Source of the DNA: Eledone cirrhosa
Lineage: Eukaryota
Assembly: GCA_964016885.1 (NCBI GenBank)
Contig: OZ024753.1
Span: forward strand, 10,230,001-10,294,000
DNA: 64,000 nucleotides
Direction of reading: 5' to 3'
The notes beneath the pieces were generated by a model, which ran no database searches, was not told where the DNA came from, and saw only the letters and a program-made list of their open reading frames with translations. Position 1 is the stretch's first letter. Each line of letters begins with the position of its first letter. This document shows, piece after piece, positions 24,940-39,604 of the stretch. Both the position numbers and the translations under genes were made by a program.

Positions 24940-25364
24940 GATTGTTCCTGTTGCATGTGCGTGTGTTTATATATATATATATATCCCAATTTCTCCAATT
25001 TACATCGTCAAATTGAGATTTGACCAACATTTGTTGTTTTGTAACCTAACTTTCGGCGAATACTATGCTGGTATATATATATTTTTTTACTTTGACCTCG
25101 CGTCGGTGTGTGTGAGTGTGTGTGTACTCACTCACACTAACTGTGACCGACTGTAATTTCACAGATTTGATGTTGAGATTAGACCCGTCCAGCGTCTTTT
25201 ACAGCTATTGAGAGATAGAGACTTGATAGTTTTATGACCCTAACTAAGGAAGATAACAGTCGCTGTGTTTTGGCTGCTTAATATTCATATGGGGGACAAA
25301 ACTCTAGTGAGTGAACATCGTTAAATTTTCTCCCTCATATCAAGGATTTGAAGACAATTCATTT

Positions 25365-25438
25365 TCACCTGACGAGATCAGTGATAATCGATCATGGCCA
25401 CACGATCGATCTATCTCTTATTGAAACATGTGTCGTGA
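25365..25438 (+). ncRNA. Type I hammerhead ribozyme
   Basis: tcac-CTGACGA-(long stem II with atcgatc/gatcgat)-GAAA-catgtg-TC-gtga. Confidence 0.7.
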
Positions 25439-25474
25439 TTATAATGATTGGAAATTTATACCATGTCTCTATTT

Positions 25475-25521
<47 letters not shown>

Positions 25522-25881
25522 GTATAGGATTATCCAAGATGTAGTAATGGTTAATTACTATACTGGATATGGTTGACGTACGGTAAGAGGTTACTCTACG
25601 AGTTATGGAAGAATTGTTGAAGAAACTTAGTTCCTGATCCTTCAGTATTCCGGAGTGTATATAAAGAATGAATAATAACAGGTAGACATCATAAAAAGGT
25701 AATTTATTCCGTGTGCTTACAAGTGTTTCCACGGTGGTACTGCAGCCTAGTTATGCTACGTGCAAATTCACAAGTACTTGCAGAACTCAAATATCCAATG
25801 CTGTGACCACTGTTTCCTCAAACACTTGTAAGCACACGGAATAAATTACCTTTTTATGATGTCTACCTGTTATTATTCATT

Positions 25882-25938
<57 letters not shown>

Positions 25939-25961
25939 AAATAAAGATCCGAAGGCATGGT

Positions 25962-26000
<39 letters not shown>

Positions 26001-26232
26001 GCAATGTAAAACATATGACAAATTGGCATATACCTTCCAGAGTACTCGGAGTTTTCAGAGGAAAGGAGTTATTGAACAAACCATCAATATCAACTTGTTT
26101 CGGGGCAAACTCCGAGTATCTAGGGGGGCATATTTGTCATGGACTTTACTTAATATAAACTATTTACCTCTATGGTTTTGGTGATTACAATGCTACACTC
26201 GGGCAACGATATATATATATGCTGTATATATG

Positions 26233-26276
<44 letters not shown>

Positions 26277-26277
<1 letters not shown>

Positions 26278-27155
26278 TAGCAGTAAAGCCCGGCGTTGCT
26301 CGGGGTCGCTCAGTAGCTGTGTTAAAGTTACAATGTTAAGTTTCTTTTTTGGCTTAAAGTCTGTCTGCACGACTGTCTGTCTGCACGCCTAACGAAATTT
26401 ACAGATACATATATTTTAAATAAACTTATATAATTTTTGCTTTTTTTTACGAAATATTTGCTTGTTTTACGTAGTCTTTAAATAGACTTGTTTTCAAGTA
26501 AAAATATTGTTATAAAAGGCTTTTAAATGGAAATGAAGCAGAACGGAAGCTTAGTGTTCGAACTGATGAATTTTGCAGGTCAAAATTTTGCTGGCTCGAC
26601 AACTGTTCGTGTATTGTGTTAATGTCATTTTAAACGCTGAGAAAGCCAGCGTAATTTTTTTAATTTTTGCACGCAGAAAATGTAAACAGAACGTAAGACG
26701 CTCAATGTAAACAGAACAAAGGGAAATAACTTGTCACTTACGCTCAAAAATCGATACATTAGATTCGATTTCGTCACATAGGGTGGGTCAATTTGAAATA
26801 TTTTTTTCCGATGTCTTCGCTAGGGCTCAATGTACAAGTATAGCAATTTTGGTGCAATTCCGTCAGAGATTCTAAGAGGAGATGTGTGCCAAAAATCGAT
26901 AGACAGACAGACAACCACAGCTTTATATATATATAACAAAGGGAAATAACTCGTCACTTACGCTCAAAAATCGATACATTAGATTCGATTTCGTCACATA
27001 GGGTGGGTCAATTTGAAATATTTTTTCCCGATGTCTTCGCTAGGGCTCAATGTACAAGTATAGCAATTTTGGTGCAATTCCGTCAGAGATTCTAAGAGGA
27101 GATGTGTGCCAAAAATCGATAGACAGACAGACAACCACAGCTTTATATATATAGA
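26277..27155 (-). mobile_element. Non-autonomous Helitron with a tandemly duplicated 5' region
   Basis: Minus strand: 5' a|TCtatatatataaagctgtggttgtctgtctgtc; 3' hairpin cccgagcaacgccggg followed by ctgCTAG|t. ~220-bp direct duplication (26716-26935 / 26936-27150). Confidence 0.7.
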
Positions 27156-27215
27156 TATATAAATGTGTGTGTATATATATATAAATAAATGTGTGTGTAT
27201 ATATATATAAATAAA

Positions 27216-27246
<31 letters not shown>

Positions 27247-27263
27247 GTGTATATATATATATA

Positions 27264-27374
<111 letters not shown>

Positions 27375-27379
27375 ATATA

Positions 27380-27438
<59 letters not shown>

Positions 27439-27578
27439 ATATATATATATATACAACATGACCCTCCCAAAGTATAACAATATCGGTTTCAACACACGAT
27501 TTCAGATAAAGAATCTTGCTAAACAAATTCAGAAACGAAATATATATATATATATATATATGATTTCAATCGATTTTT

Positions 27579-27629
27579 GCTGTCCGAAGAAATCACGATA
27601 AATATCGCCATTGAAATACGTATAACGGC
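27579..27629 (+). ncRNA. Type I hammerhead motif, CCGAAGA core variant
   Basis: gctgt-CCGAAGA-aat..cgata aa tatcg..att-GAAA-tacgta-TA-acggc. Confidence 0.65.
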
Positions 27630-27756
27630 TCAATTAATAAAGGATCCTAACATTTTCAGCTTCGCATTTTCATCTTTATTAATATACTCCGTCATCCTTA
27701 TTTTTAGGAAGTAATAAGACGTTGAGTGCTAGAAGTGAATTGTATCCTTATATACC

Positions 27757-27833
<77 letters not shown>

Positions 27834-27836
27834 TAT

Positions 27837-27869
<33 letters not shown>

Positions 27870-28211
27870 TATATACATATATATATATGTATATACATTA
27901 CATTCAAAGTTATTGATGTCATAATTGAGATAATCTTAAACATGTGTCCTGTCTCACAAAATCAGCTCATAGAAAAAGTTCAAAGAATAAATCCGAGCAT
28001 TTAATCATTATGAAATAGTGAATGACACACAGACACACACACGCACACGCACACGCACACGCACATACACATACACATACACACATATATATATATATAT
28101 ATATTTATACACACACACATAAATATCCAATGATATAAATGCATAATAAGACATCAAACTTTACCAAGAGACAATTTGTATAGAATGTAAGAATACATTG
28201 TGCGTTAGACT

Positions 28212-28261
<50 letters not shown>

Positions 28262-28547
28262 GTTTATAATTGGTGTTGGATGCTTAAAGCGTCCGTATGC
28301 GGTAGGCCGTATGAGCACTCGATGCTCTCGTAGAGCAGAGTATGATATCACAGAAAAATGAGAATCAGTGTTGCGTCGAAAGGAATTTATTGGACATATT
28401 ACAATTGTTTCTCAGGCGACCAGCTCGAGGCACGATCGATGTGATGATCGACCCTGATTCTGAAATCGCGCGGTTCTCGGATAACAATTGTAATAAGTCC
28501 AATAAATTCCTTTCGTCGCAACACTGATTCCCTTTTTTCTGTGATAT
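28262..28547. mobile_element. PLE-like inverted-repeat element, family G
   Basis: Inverted arms 28345-28403 / 28483-28547; same family as 58735-58893 and 63325-63540. Confidence 0.7.
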
Positions 28548-29227
28548 ATATATATATATGAAAATAATGGAGCTGCGACGTTGCAAATGGGTTACATATG
28601 AAAAAGGTTGTCCTTCATCAGTGATCTTCCAACCATCATAGGCATTTCATCGCTTTAAAGACCATATACCTCCGGTTGGTGCGAACAACGGCTAAAAAAG
28701 GTCGTTGGGACACGTAAATAAAGGGGACGCGAGGGTAAACAAACAAAATGGTTAAGCAACAGAAAGTGAGGAAGGAAAAGACAAGTCCCAGATTTCTATG
28801 AATTTAAGTTCGGTGAAATCGTGAACGAGAGAATAAAGACCATCAAACCTGGTTGAAATGTGAGCAAGGAAGGAATTTCGCACAGCTCTAACGGGAGGAA
28901 GAAGAGGTCTAGTCTGCGAATTCGGTAAACATAAGTTCTGTGAAATCGCAGACGAGAGCGAAAAAAAATTCATACCAGCTTGGTCAGCGTGCGGGAGAAA
29001 AAGAATTACACACAGGTCAAACGGGAAGAAAGGGGAGGAGAGGTAGTGACAGATATATATATATATATATATATATTTTGAGTATATGTTGGTTGTATAC
29101 CAACACCTCAGTATGATTCCAGTTCCTCAGAGAAATAACAACCTAACCAGGAACTGGACATACCAGAGTATTGACAAAATTATACACCTCAACAACATAT
29201 GTACTTGTCTATACCACACTAATTCGG

Positions 29228-29282
29228 ACTGCCTGAAGAGGTCACAACCAAAGATGGCTATCACTGAAATATATATAGCAGT
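29228..29282 (+). ncRNA. Type I hammerhead ribozyme
   Basis: actgc-CTGAAGA-(weak stem II)-GAAA-tatata-TA-gcagt; perfect 5-bp stem I. Confidence 0.7.
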
Positions 29283-29589
29283 AATAAACGAAGTTAAATT
29301 TTAAACATTTGACTTTTTATTTAACTTTATTTTATATATTAGTCCAGAATTAGCCGTCGAAACGGCTTGAGCTCAGCTGTCGGGGTCTTACTGGTTCCTA
29401 TTACCCACTCTACTACCTCAAGTATCGAGTACTTTGGTGCGTTATGGTCCACCTGGTTCCTTACCACATTTCCTTCGTTATATATATATATATATATACT
29501 CTTTTAACTGTTCCAGCTGAGGCTACGCTGGAGCACCGCTTATATATATATATATCCTTTTTACCTTGCTACCTTGTTCCTCCAGTGAC

Positions 29590-29705
<116 letters not shown>

Positions 29706-30096
29706 TTCTTCACCTCTCTTGTTACTTTATAACATTAATCAGAATCACGGCCGCCACTCGCAATCGACTATGACCAAGTAACTTGTATCATATGTTCTCT
29801 GAAGGGTTTTAGACGTGCATGCAATCATGAGAAGATGCCCTTTTCGGCACTCGCTTGACACTCCCAGTCTTGATCCAATGGAACATCAAGGATTCGCCAA
29901 CTACGGAAAGATAAAGGGCTGCCTCAGATCTTGGTTGTTACTTTCTTTATCGACCCAGAAAGAATAAACCACAAGGGGATGACGGTGGGATTTGAACTCA
30001 GAATGTGAGAGCCAGAAGAAATATGGTGAAACTTTCCATTCGATACTCTAGAGAATTATTTGCTAACCGTCCTCCTTTTAACAACATTACTCACTG

Positions 30097-30315
30097 AATC
30101 AACTCTTGAGCTGAGGTTACAAGGAATCAACACCTGGGCTGAGGTTACGAGGAATAAACACTTGAGCTGAGGTTACAAGGAATCAACACCTGGGCTGAGG
30201 TTACGAGGAATCAACACTTGAGCTGAGGTTACGAGGAATCAACATTTGAGCTGAGGTTTCGAGGAGTCAACACTTGAGCTGAGGTTTCGAGGAATCAACA
30301 CTTGCGCTGAGGTTA
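30097..30315. repeat. 28-bp minisatellite, 8 units
   Basis: Unit aggaatcaacacttgagctgaggttacg; ctgagg recurs at 30111, 30139 ... 30307. Confidence 0.9.
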
Positions 30316-30872
30316 TGCATATAAAAGAGGAAGAAAAAGAAAGATTAACAAAACATTGATTAGGCGAAAATAAGGGAAAGAGGGAGGAAGGGAGTGACAG
30401 ACGCTACACCTCAGCGGTACATCTCAGTTACACCACTTGGAAAAAAAGCCAGCGACAGCCAGCGAATCCCGCTGCACCAACCACTCCACTTAACGGTGCT
30501 TTTTCTTCAGGCAAAGCAAGATTCACTTCTCCCAGTGTTTCGGAGGAGGAACATTGCAGTTCGGGGGTTGGTGGGCTGAAGACCCCAGAGGTTACCAGAG
30601 GTCTCCACAGGTCACCAGAGGTCTTGACGATAAAACAGTACTAACAAGGAATCGGCCGGTCAAGTTCTGGTATTTGGTTCTCTTCCTCTCTCCCACCTTA
30701 CATGTGTCAATACCAGGGTTCGATTATATATCATATCCCATTGAGTGCAGTTTTTAATAGACTTTTTCTTTCTTCTTTTTTGTTGTTGTTGCTGCTATTG
30801 CTGGTGTTGTTGTTGATGATTTTTTAACCATTTAGCATTCACATTACTCTATATATACTATTATGTTTTTGT

Positions 30873-31888
30873 TATCGGTAGAGGGTCGGACGTCATGCTT
30901 TGACGCATAGAGTTACGGCCCTTTCTATTCTGAGTTCAAATCCCGCCGAGGTCAACTTTGCCTTTCATCCTTACGGAGTCGATAAAATAAAGTACCAGTA
31001 ATACACTGAAATAATTGCTGGCCTTGTGCCTAAAGTAGAAACAATTATGTTTTTGTGGTAAGGGCTTTACCTTACATAATTATCTCACATAATATCGAAT
31101 CTATGAGATTTTGATATTATTTATTTTGAGAACAATACCTTAACATCAGTATGAGCAGCCGGTTACGACCAGTTTGAACAGAAAGAGGTGAGAGAATTCT
31201 GGCCGGATGTGGCCGGTTTAAATGCTAAAGGATTAATACTATTTCATACTTTTATTAGTATTTATTTATAATAGGGCGGTGGATAGGCAGTATCGGTAGA
31301 GCGTCGGAGACCTTGCTTTGTAGCATAAAGTTACGGCCCTTTACGGTCTGAGTTCAAATCCCGCCGAGGTTAACTTTGCCTTTCATCCTTACGGGGGTCG
31401 ATAAAATAAAGTACCAGTAACGTACTAAGGTCGATTTAATCGACTTTCCCCTCTCCCCAAATTAGTGGCCTTGTGCCAATACTAGAAATCATTATTATTT
31501 AGGGTCGGACGCCATGCTTTGACGCATAGAGTTACGGCCCTTGCCATTCTGTGTTCAAATCCCGCCGAGGATAACTTTGCCTTTCATCCTTACGGGGTCG
31601 ATAAAATAAAGTACCAGTAATACACTGGGTAATTGCTGGCCTTGTGCCAAAAGTAGAAACAATTATTATTTAGGTGGATTGGCAGTATCGGTAGAGGGTC
31701 GGATGCCATGCTTTGTAGCACAGTTACGTCCCTTTACGGACTGAGTTTAAATCCCGCCGAGGTTAACTTTGCCTTTCATCTTTACGGGGTCGATAAATAA
31801 AGTACCAGTAATGCACTGGGTCGATTTAATCGACTTTCTTCTCCCCTTCAAATTACTGGTCTTGTGCCTAAATCAGAAACAATTATTA
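30873..31888 (+). mobile_element. Cluster of four same-orientation Meta-SINE copies
   Basis: Copies at 30873-31047, 31273-31497, 31501-31668 and 31672-31888; the last three are head-to-tail. Confidence 0.85.
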
Positions 31889-32104
31889 TTGCTACGATTA
31901 TTGTTTTTATTATTATTATTATTATTATTATTGCTATTGTTGTTGTTGTTGTTGTTGTTATCATTATTAAGTGAGGTGTTGTTAAATAAACGGCGACGCC
32001 AAAGAAACCTACTGTTTATGTGGCAATTATTTATACAGGCAATTTATAAATGAGGCAATTATATACACATGCTCGTACACACATACTCTTGCACTCTTAC
32101 ACAC

Positions 32105-32175
<71 letters not shown>

Positions 32176-32452
32176 TGCATATCAAAAAACTACTTTTACA
32201 CGCACCTCAAAGCATTCCTATGAACTGTGATACAGGTATATATATATTTATATGTGTGTGTATGTATGTATATGCGTGTATATGTGTGTATATATGTGTA
32301 TATGTGTGTATATATGTGTATATATGTGTGTATATATGTGTGTATATATGTGTATATATGTGTGTATATATGTGTGTATGTAGATGTGTATGTGTGTGTG
32401 TATAGATATGTATGTATGTGTGTATATAAGTGTATATGTATATGTATGTATG

Positions 32453-32509
<57 letters not shown>

Positions 32510-33446
32510 TGATAGACGAAGTAAGTTGTACCTGAATGCACACATCAAATCCTACCTATAAAAACAGAACAACAGAGTCGCAATCTCATTAAAAACAAAA
32601 CCAGGTAAAAATTAGACGTCATACAGGTGAAAATATACAAAAACAACACAATTTATAGTTCACACCTTGGAAAGTTTAGCTGACCTTCTATGAAGGTATA
32701 TATCTATAGGAGGTTTATTGAGTGTTTTAATAATAGTGGCACCAGACCTCTTGTGAAAGATGGAAGAGGCTATGTAGCCGGTAAGAGTGCTGACACCACG
32801 AGTTGCAGCCCGAGTTAAGAGAATTTGAAATCTTTTCCACCATCAATTGTTAAAAGACAAGTTTAAATCATTTGGTCGTCCATTCGTAACGTTCGTTACG
32901 CTTTAATTACATACACACACACATCTACAGGTAAACATATAAACAGATACAGACAACAGAGGAAAGGGGCTGGTGAAACGCTGTTGTGATGTGTGTTGCG
33001 TCCCTTTATTGTTTACTGGCTGCATAGCTTATTCGATGAAAAGCAACGTGAAATATTCAAGCAAACGAAGCATCGCCTGGTCCAGGAATCGAACCTACAA
33101 CCTTAAATTCATGAGCCCAATGGCTAAACCAACTAAGCCACACAGCGTCACGTATATTACATGTACTCTCGGGTCCCAAATAATAGGGGGCGGGGCTGGA
33201 ATAAGCGGGTATGGGTGAACATTTGCTTAAATTCTTATAAACGCGGGGGTGGGTTAGTAAAGATGGGATTTCTTGTATTGTTCTTTGTTATATATATACG
33301 TACATATATATATATATGTGCATGTATGTATATATATATACATACTACTGTACGTCTGTATACATATATGTATGTACGTGTACATACTTATATTTAAGTA
33401 ACAGCCGTACTAAGAGTGGGAAATGAAATTTCGTTTCATTTTTTCC

Positions 33447-33482
<36 letters not shown>

Positions 33483-33589
33483 GATTAGATCTCTATCGAA
33501 ACACGTGTGTCAGAATTCTAATAATTATTAATAAACAAAATGGTGAACAGCTTCATTTATGCCTCAGTGATTTTTCCACAACCTTTGAC

Positions 33590-33628
<39 letters not shown>

Positions 33629-34251
33629 ATAATAATAAAACTGAAGACTAAAATCCAAAGAGGGCTCGATAAGGAAAATATATATCAAATATATAAGAAC
33701 CATAGAGCAAATATTTATTAAAATAACAGATTAAAGTTTAAGCAAAGAATCGCTGCTTTCACCCTTAACGGGATCTTCTGAAACTAACAAAGTCAATCTG
33801 TAAACGCAGAACTGGATATTTCAAAAAACGTTGCAACCGGAGGAAGACAGGAAGACGATACTTTGGTTCGTGGTAACGTTCGCTGGCAAAGAACGGGAAA
33901 AAACGAATAATACGTCATTAATAGGAGCGGTGAAAAACAATTACGCGCAAAGACAAAACCACGTTTATGGTATAAAAGAGGTCGTAGACTAATGTTCTCT
34001 TAGGTGGTGCATAGAGACGTTCTCTGGTAATGAACGAAAAGACGAAGATAATAAGTCATATGTGGAGCGTGGAGAACAATAAACAGAGAAAGCTTTAAGC
34101 AATACTCCGACCGACTTCCGTCTCACTCAACAAACATTAGGATATACCTTAACATAATCCCAATTATACGTTTCGGGTGCTAACTATACGTAATTTGCGG
34201 ATAGCCAGTTGTATTATTTTATATGAGACATAATTAAAATACATCTCTCTT

Positions 34252-34373
34252 TCCAAACGATCGTTTCATTATAAGTTTTCTACAAATTGGGAAAATAATG
34301 TCCAGGTTATGTAGAAGCCTACACATAGTCCGTAGGATTATATGTAGGTGGGCACTTATAAATCATCAGTGGA
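34252..34373 (-). ncRNA. Type I hammerhead with a greatly extended stem II
   Basis: Minus strand: tcca-CTGATGA-t ttataagt(~75 nt)acttataa t-GAAA-cgatcg-TT-tgga. Confidence 0.7.
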
Positions 34374-34379
34374 TGCCCG

Positions 34380-34452
<73 letters not shown>

Positions 34453-35309
34453 GAAGGTGAGTTTTATTGTAGTACAATAAAGCAATGCAGATATCGGATA
34501 AGAAGCACTCTACAGTTTGTAGGACTGGAGTATACATAATATATAAGAACAAAAGATGGTTAAAAGAGTTCCATGTATTTTATTATGCGCATTTCAAAAA
34601 CAAATATCATCATGCAATAATATTTGTGTTTTCATCAGATAAAACAGGAAGACATGATATGAAGGTTAAAAAACACTTGTGGATAGTGCAGTTTTAAATC
34701 AACATTTATCTGATGAAAACACAAATATTATTGCATGATGATATTTGTTTTTGAAATGCGCATAATAAAATACATGGAACTCTTTTAACCATCTTTTGTT
34801 CTTATATATTATATATATATATATGTATATGCAAATATTAAACAAAAATAAGAAAGCAAACGACACTACAATGAAGAAATATATTAGTTTCACGCTTGAT
34901 TACACACACAGACGTACATATGAAACACCAATCAACCGACATGTAGTTATTGTACAGAGAAACATGAGGTGGGTGGGGAGGAACAGAACATTCAGAGAAG
35001 ACGGGGGACAAGGATATATTTGGAATATATTGTGGTGTATAAATAAAACCAGAGAAACTCTGCAAACATGTCAGACGTAACTAGTGCAAATAATTAGACA
35101 AAACTGGACTAGAACGGTAGAGAGAGAGGGAGAGAGAGAGTGTGTGTGTCTGTGTGAGAGGGAGAGAGAGAGTGTGTGTGTCTATGTGAGAGGGGGAGGG
35201 GGGGGGGTGTCTGTGTGAGAGGGAGAAAGTGTGTGTGTGTGTCTGTGTGTATATGAGAGGGAGAGTCAGTAGAGAAGATGTGCATGAGTCAGGAGAGAGA
35301 GAGAGAGAG

Positions 35310-35620
35310 ACAGAGAGGGGGAGATAGTCAGGTGAGAGAGGGAGAGATAGTCAGGAGAGGGAGAGATAGTCAGGTGAGAGAGAGACAGAGAGGGAGAGAA
35401 AGTCAGGTGAGAGAGAGAGAGGGAGAGATAGTCAGGTGAGAGAGAGAGAGAGATAGTCAGGTGAGAGGGAGAGAGAGGGAGAGATAGGCAGGTGAGAGAG
35501 AGGGAGAGATAGTCAGGTGAGAGAGACAGAGACAGAGAGGGAGAGATAGTCAGGTTAGAGGGAGAGAGGGAGAGAAAGTCAGGTGAGAGAGAGAGAGACA
35601 GAAGGAGAGATAGTCAGGAG
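35310..35620. repeat. Purine-rich minisatellite (gagagatagtcaggt + (GA)n)
   Basis: About 11 tagtcagg-type anchors separated by (GA)n of variable length. Confidence 0.85.
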
Positions 35621-35876
35621 AGCGAGAGAGAGAATGTGTATGTATGTGTGTGAGAGAGAGAGAGAGAGAGGAAGTGTGTGTTTGTGTGCGTATGTGAGGC
35701 ACAGAGGGAGGAGATAGTCAGGAAAGAAAGACAGACCGAGAGAAAAGAGAGAGAGAGAAATAATGTGTGAGGGGTGGTATATATAGGGTGGCAATATTAT
35801 TGTAGTTAACTTATTTTGTCTGAAACCGACCATCTTTTGATTGTAAAATGAATGACAGATAGACGAATATACAGGT

Positions 35877-35945
<69 letters not shown>

Positions 35946-35996
35946 CTTGAATGTTTGGTTGGTAGAGTCCATAACACCAATCAAACCCCTTTTATA

Positions 35997-36041
35997 GCTC
36001 TGACGAATCCTACGGTTACGTAAGGAAGAAACATTGTAAGC
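35997..36041 (+). ncRNA. Type I hammerhead ribozyme
   Basis: gct-CTGACGA-a tcctacg gtta cgtaagga a-GAAA-cattg-TA-agc. Confidence 0.65.
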
Positions 36042-36184
36042 CAATAAAAAATCTTTTGATGTTGTAGACGCTCTTGTGTTCTTTATCATATATACGGCTC
36101 TGCTCCAAAGCATAGAGCTAATTATTATGCTGCCAATACCTTAATGGGACACGGGTATACAATACCTAACTCCTATTAACCTAA

Positions 36185-36249
<65 letters not shown>

Positions 36250-36823
36250 TAAATTATCGAGAATCGCATTTCGGCCCACGAAATAACGAAAAACAACCTC
36301 CGAGATGTGTGGCAAGTGCTCAATGCTCAATGATTCAGATGAACCAGAGCTATAACAAACGTTAAAGGCCAAACACACTGAGACGATGGTTAAACAATCA
36401 TTCGCATAGCCCCCCAAAAACGATCAAGTAATTCGGGTCAAACAAATAAAAAATATCTGTGATTGAAAATTTACCCGGACCCCTGGAAGGTTGGTAAAAT
36501 CCAGCATTTGGGTTTCTGCGGCTCCTAAATCAAGTACTGTCCGCTTACATAAATAATTGTTTCTACTTTAGGCACAAGGCCAGCAATTACCCAGTGCATT
36601 ACTGGTACTTTATTTTATCGACCCCGTAAGGATGAAAGAAAGGCAAAGTCAACCTCGGCGGGATTTGAACTCAGATCGTAAAGGGACGTAACTATGCTGG
36701 AAAGCATGTCCGCTTACATAAATAATGTGAGGCTTGTGGTAAGATGATTGAACGAGGAAGCCACTTTCTCAACAGGTTTTAGTTCAATGTTAATGCAAGG
36801 ACTGACTATTGCTGACCCCACGT

Positions 36824-36906
<83 letters not shown>

Positions 36907-37276
36907 CTTTGTTATATTTGTTTTGAGAGAAAAAAATTTCGTTTCCAGCTTCTTAAAATTTTAATTTTTTTTACCAAACGAACAAAATAAAATAAAAAAA
37001 ATCGTAATAGTAAATCGGAAATACAAATATACATTGTAAAAATAAGACAGGAGTTTAAGAAATGAAACGAACCAAATCTAAATAAAAGGAAAGGAAAGAA
37101 AAGTATAAAATCTATACAGGATTAACGAAACGAAATGTCCATTTGCGTGGTAGACTAAACAGTCAGAAATAATATAACAATTGTAATTGACATGAAATCA
37201 ATTGATCCGCAACTAAACAATCTTTTCTACATCCTGGCAATTGTAACTATACATTCCGTCTGTCTGTACCTCTGTA

Positions 37277-37321
<45 letters not shown>

Positions 37322-37382
37322 GTATATATGTATATATATATATATATATATACAAACATACATACATACATATATATATATG

Positions 37383-37423
<41 letters not shown>

Positions 37424-39144
37424 CGTTTCTGAATTTGTTTAGCAAGATTCTTTATCTGAAATCGTGTGTTGAAACCGATATTGTGGAACCAACCAACCAA
37501 CCAGAAATTTATAAGTTTGTAGATTTGTAAATTTATAAATTTATAAATATATAATAAATTGAAGTGAAAGCAACTGGTGCGTGTGTTTCTTATTGGCAAC
37601 ATGACCCTCCCAAAGTATAACAATATATATATATACATTAAAATATATGATAAACACAAAACGTGTTTGCATTGTAACAGACAAAGTTAGCCATTAATGA
37701 AATAAACTAATTAAAGTGAATACAATTTGTCTGTCTCGATATAAGTCAATAAAGACAAGCTTATATTGGCAAAGGCCATGGTTCCTGGACAAATTTAAAT
37801 TTCAAAATCCAAACCTTCTCCGTAGATGAATTTGAACCTCGAAACCTAAATATGTTTCGCAACGGTGGTACGTGAATTGTATTTAACTGCTCGGAAATGC
37901 CCTTTTTCTTGGAGCTGAATTATTGTAAACGACTGAGAGTTTATTCTCAAAATATAATATAGTATATATACGTACATATGTACATGCATAAACGCGCACA
38001 CACACACAAACACACACACCCACACCGAGCAGTATATCAATTATTTTGGATATTGCAATCTTAGTGGCCAATAAAGAAACAATTATTATTATTGGCATCT
38101 GTACATTGACATAATCCTAGTTGTCCTCAACGAGGGGCCTAGTGAGGGCGACGATGGTTCGTTATGAAACATGTTTTTCTCAGCACCATAGATATCTGAT
38201 GGTCTTTGTTGAGAGTTTGAGAAAACAAGAAACAATGATTCATATTCACATATGAATATATGTATCTCATTATTAGGGTCGGACGCCATGCTTTGACGTA
38301 TAGAGTTACGGCCCTTGCCATTCTGAGTTCAAATCCCGCCGAGGTTAACTTTGCTTTTCATCCTTACGGGGTCGATAAAATAAAGTACCAGTAATGTACT
38401 GGGATAATTGCTGGCCTTGTGCCAAATGTAGAAACAATTATTATACATGTCGGCCCTTGTGGCTAATAAATGAAATCATTATTATTATTGTTGTTCCTGT
38501 TGTTGTTGTTGTTACTGTTGTTGTTCCTGCTGTTGTTGTTGTTATTGTTCCTGTTGTTGTTCCTGCTGTTGTTGTTACTGTTGTTGTTCCTGCTGTTATT
38601 ATTATTGTTGTTACACAGCATGGTGTCTGACGCTCTACCGATAAGGCCAACCCATCGCCCTAGGGTCGGACGTAATGCTTTGACGCATAGAGTTACGGCC
38701 CTTTCCATTCTGAGTTCAAATCCCGCCGAGGTCAACTTTGCCTTTCATCCTTACGGGGTCGATAAAATAAAGTACCAGTAATGCACTGGGATAATTCCTG
38801 GCCTTGTGCCAAAAGTAGAAACAATGATTATATTGTCTCAAACTCCGTTATGGTCGAGTTAACCTGAGAGTGTAGTAACTGCTTTTTCTAGCAAATGCGA
38901 TATTCACTTTCAGTCCACCTTACTACACGTCTCTGACCACTCTCTCATGATTCAAAATGTACACTTATTTACAGATATATAGTAAATAAAACCAATGACT
39001 ATATTTATAGATTATACATCCCCATTGTACCTGTAATGACAGAATTGAATACAAAATATGGATAAAGTATAACCTTTTGTCCAATGATTTATGACATATA
39101 AGATGCATCGTGGTTTGCACTCCCCAAATTACATTGACAATGTT

Positions 39145-39530
39145 CTTTGTAAAATGTGGGCCGTACTAGTGAGTACGATTTCCTGAATTTCTTTTATACA
39201 AAGTTTTCCAGGTACATGATCCAAACATTTTTAGTGCTCTTGTTTAGGTCCAGTACTCCAACTATAACTGGGATAATGATGGGTTTCATACCCCCATTTT
39301 TTAAATCTGTTTCAAGATTATTTTGAATTTTTTTCAAATATCTTGAAAGGCACATTGCAAGCAGCAGCTACTGCCATGTCTATCATGAACTACAGTTTGT
39401 TTTTATTTTCTATTAAACTATCTTGTCTATTGGCTTTGATTGTTCTGTCAGCGTGTATTGTGAAATTCCTCAGTATTACGACATTACTAATTTCTGATGG
39501 TGTTGATACGAGTTTGTCATTGTTTTTTTT
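39145..39530 (-). mobile_element. Degraded R4/Dong-like non-LTR retrotransposon RLE domain
   Basis: Minus-strand translation: VILRNFTIHADRTIKANRQD...MIDMAV...KIFEK...KPIIIPVIVGVL...EIQEIVLTSTAHILQRTLSM*, with stops and frameshifts. A similar terminus IVLTNTAHVLGRTL lies at ~40483-40532 (-). Confidence 0.7.
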
Positions 39531-39604
39531 ATACAGAATTTACATATTTTTCAGTGGATATACTACCCCACTCTGTCATGTCTGTTTTTTGTATTAAGAC
39601 TGTG

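Noticed and set aside
28290-28300. cgtccgtat shared between family G and the reverse complement of the 5681 array core
   Set aside because: Only 9 nt match; compatible with chance.
33066-33148. tRNA gene (and other SINE heads with A/B boxes)
   Set aside because: No complete cloverleaf, and it matches the heads of the CORE-like SINE copies.
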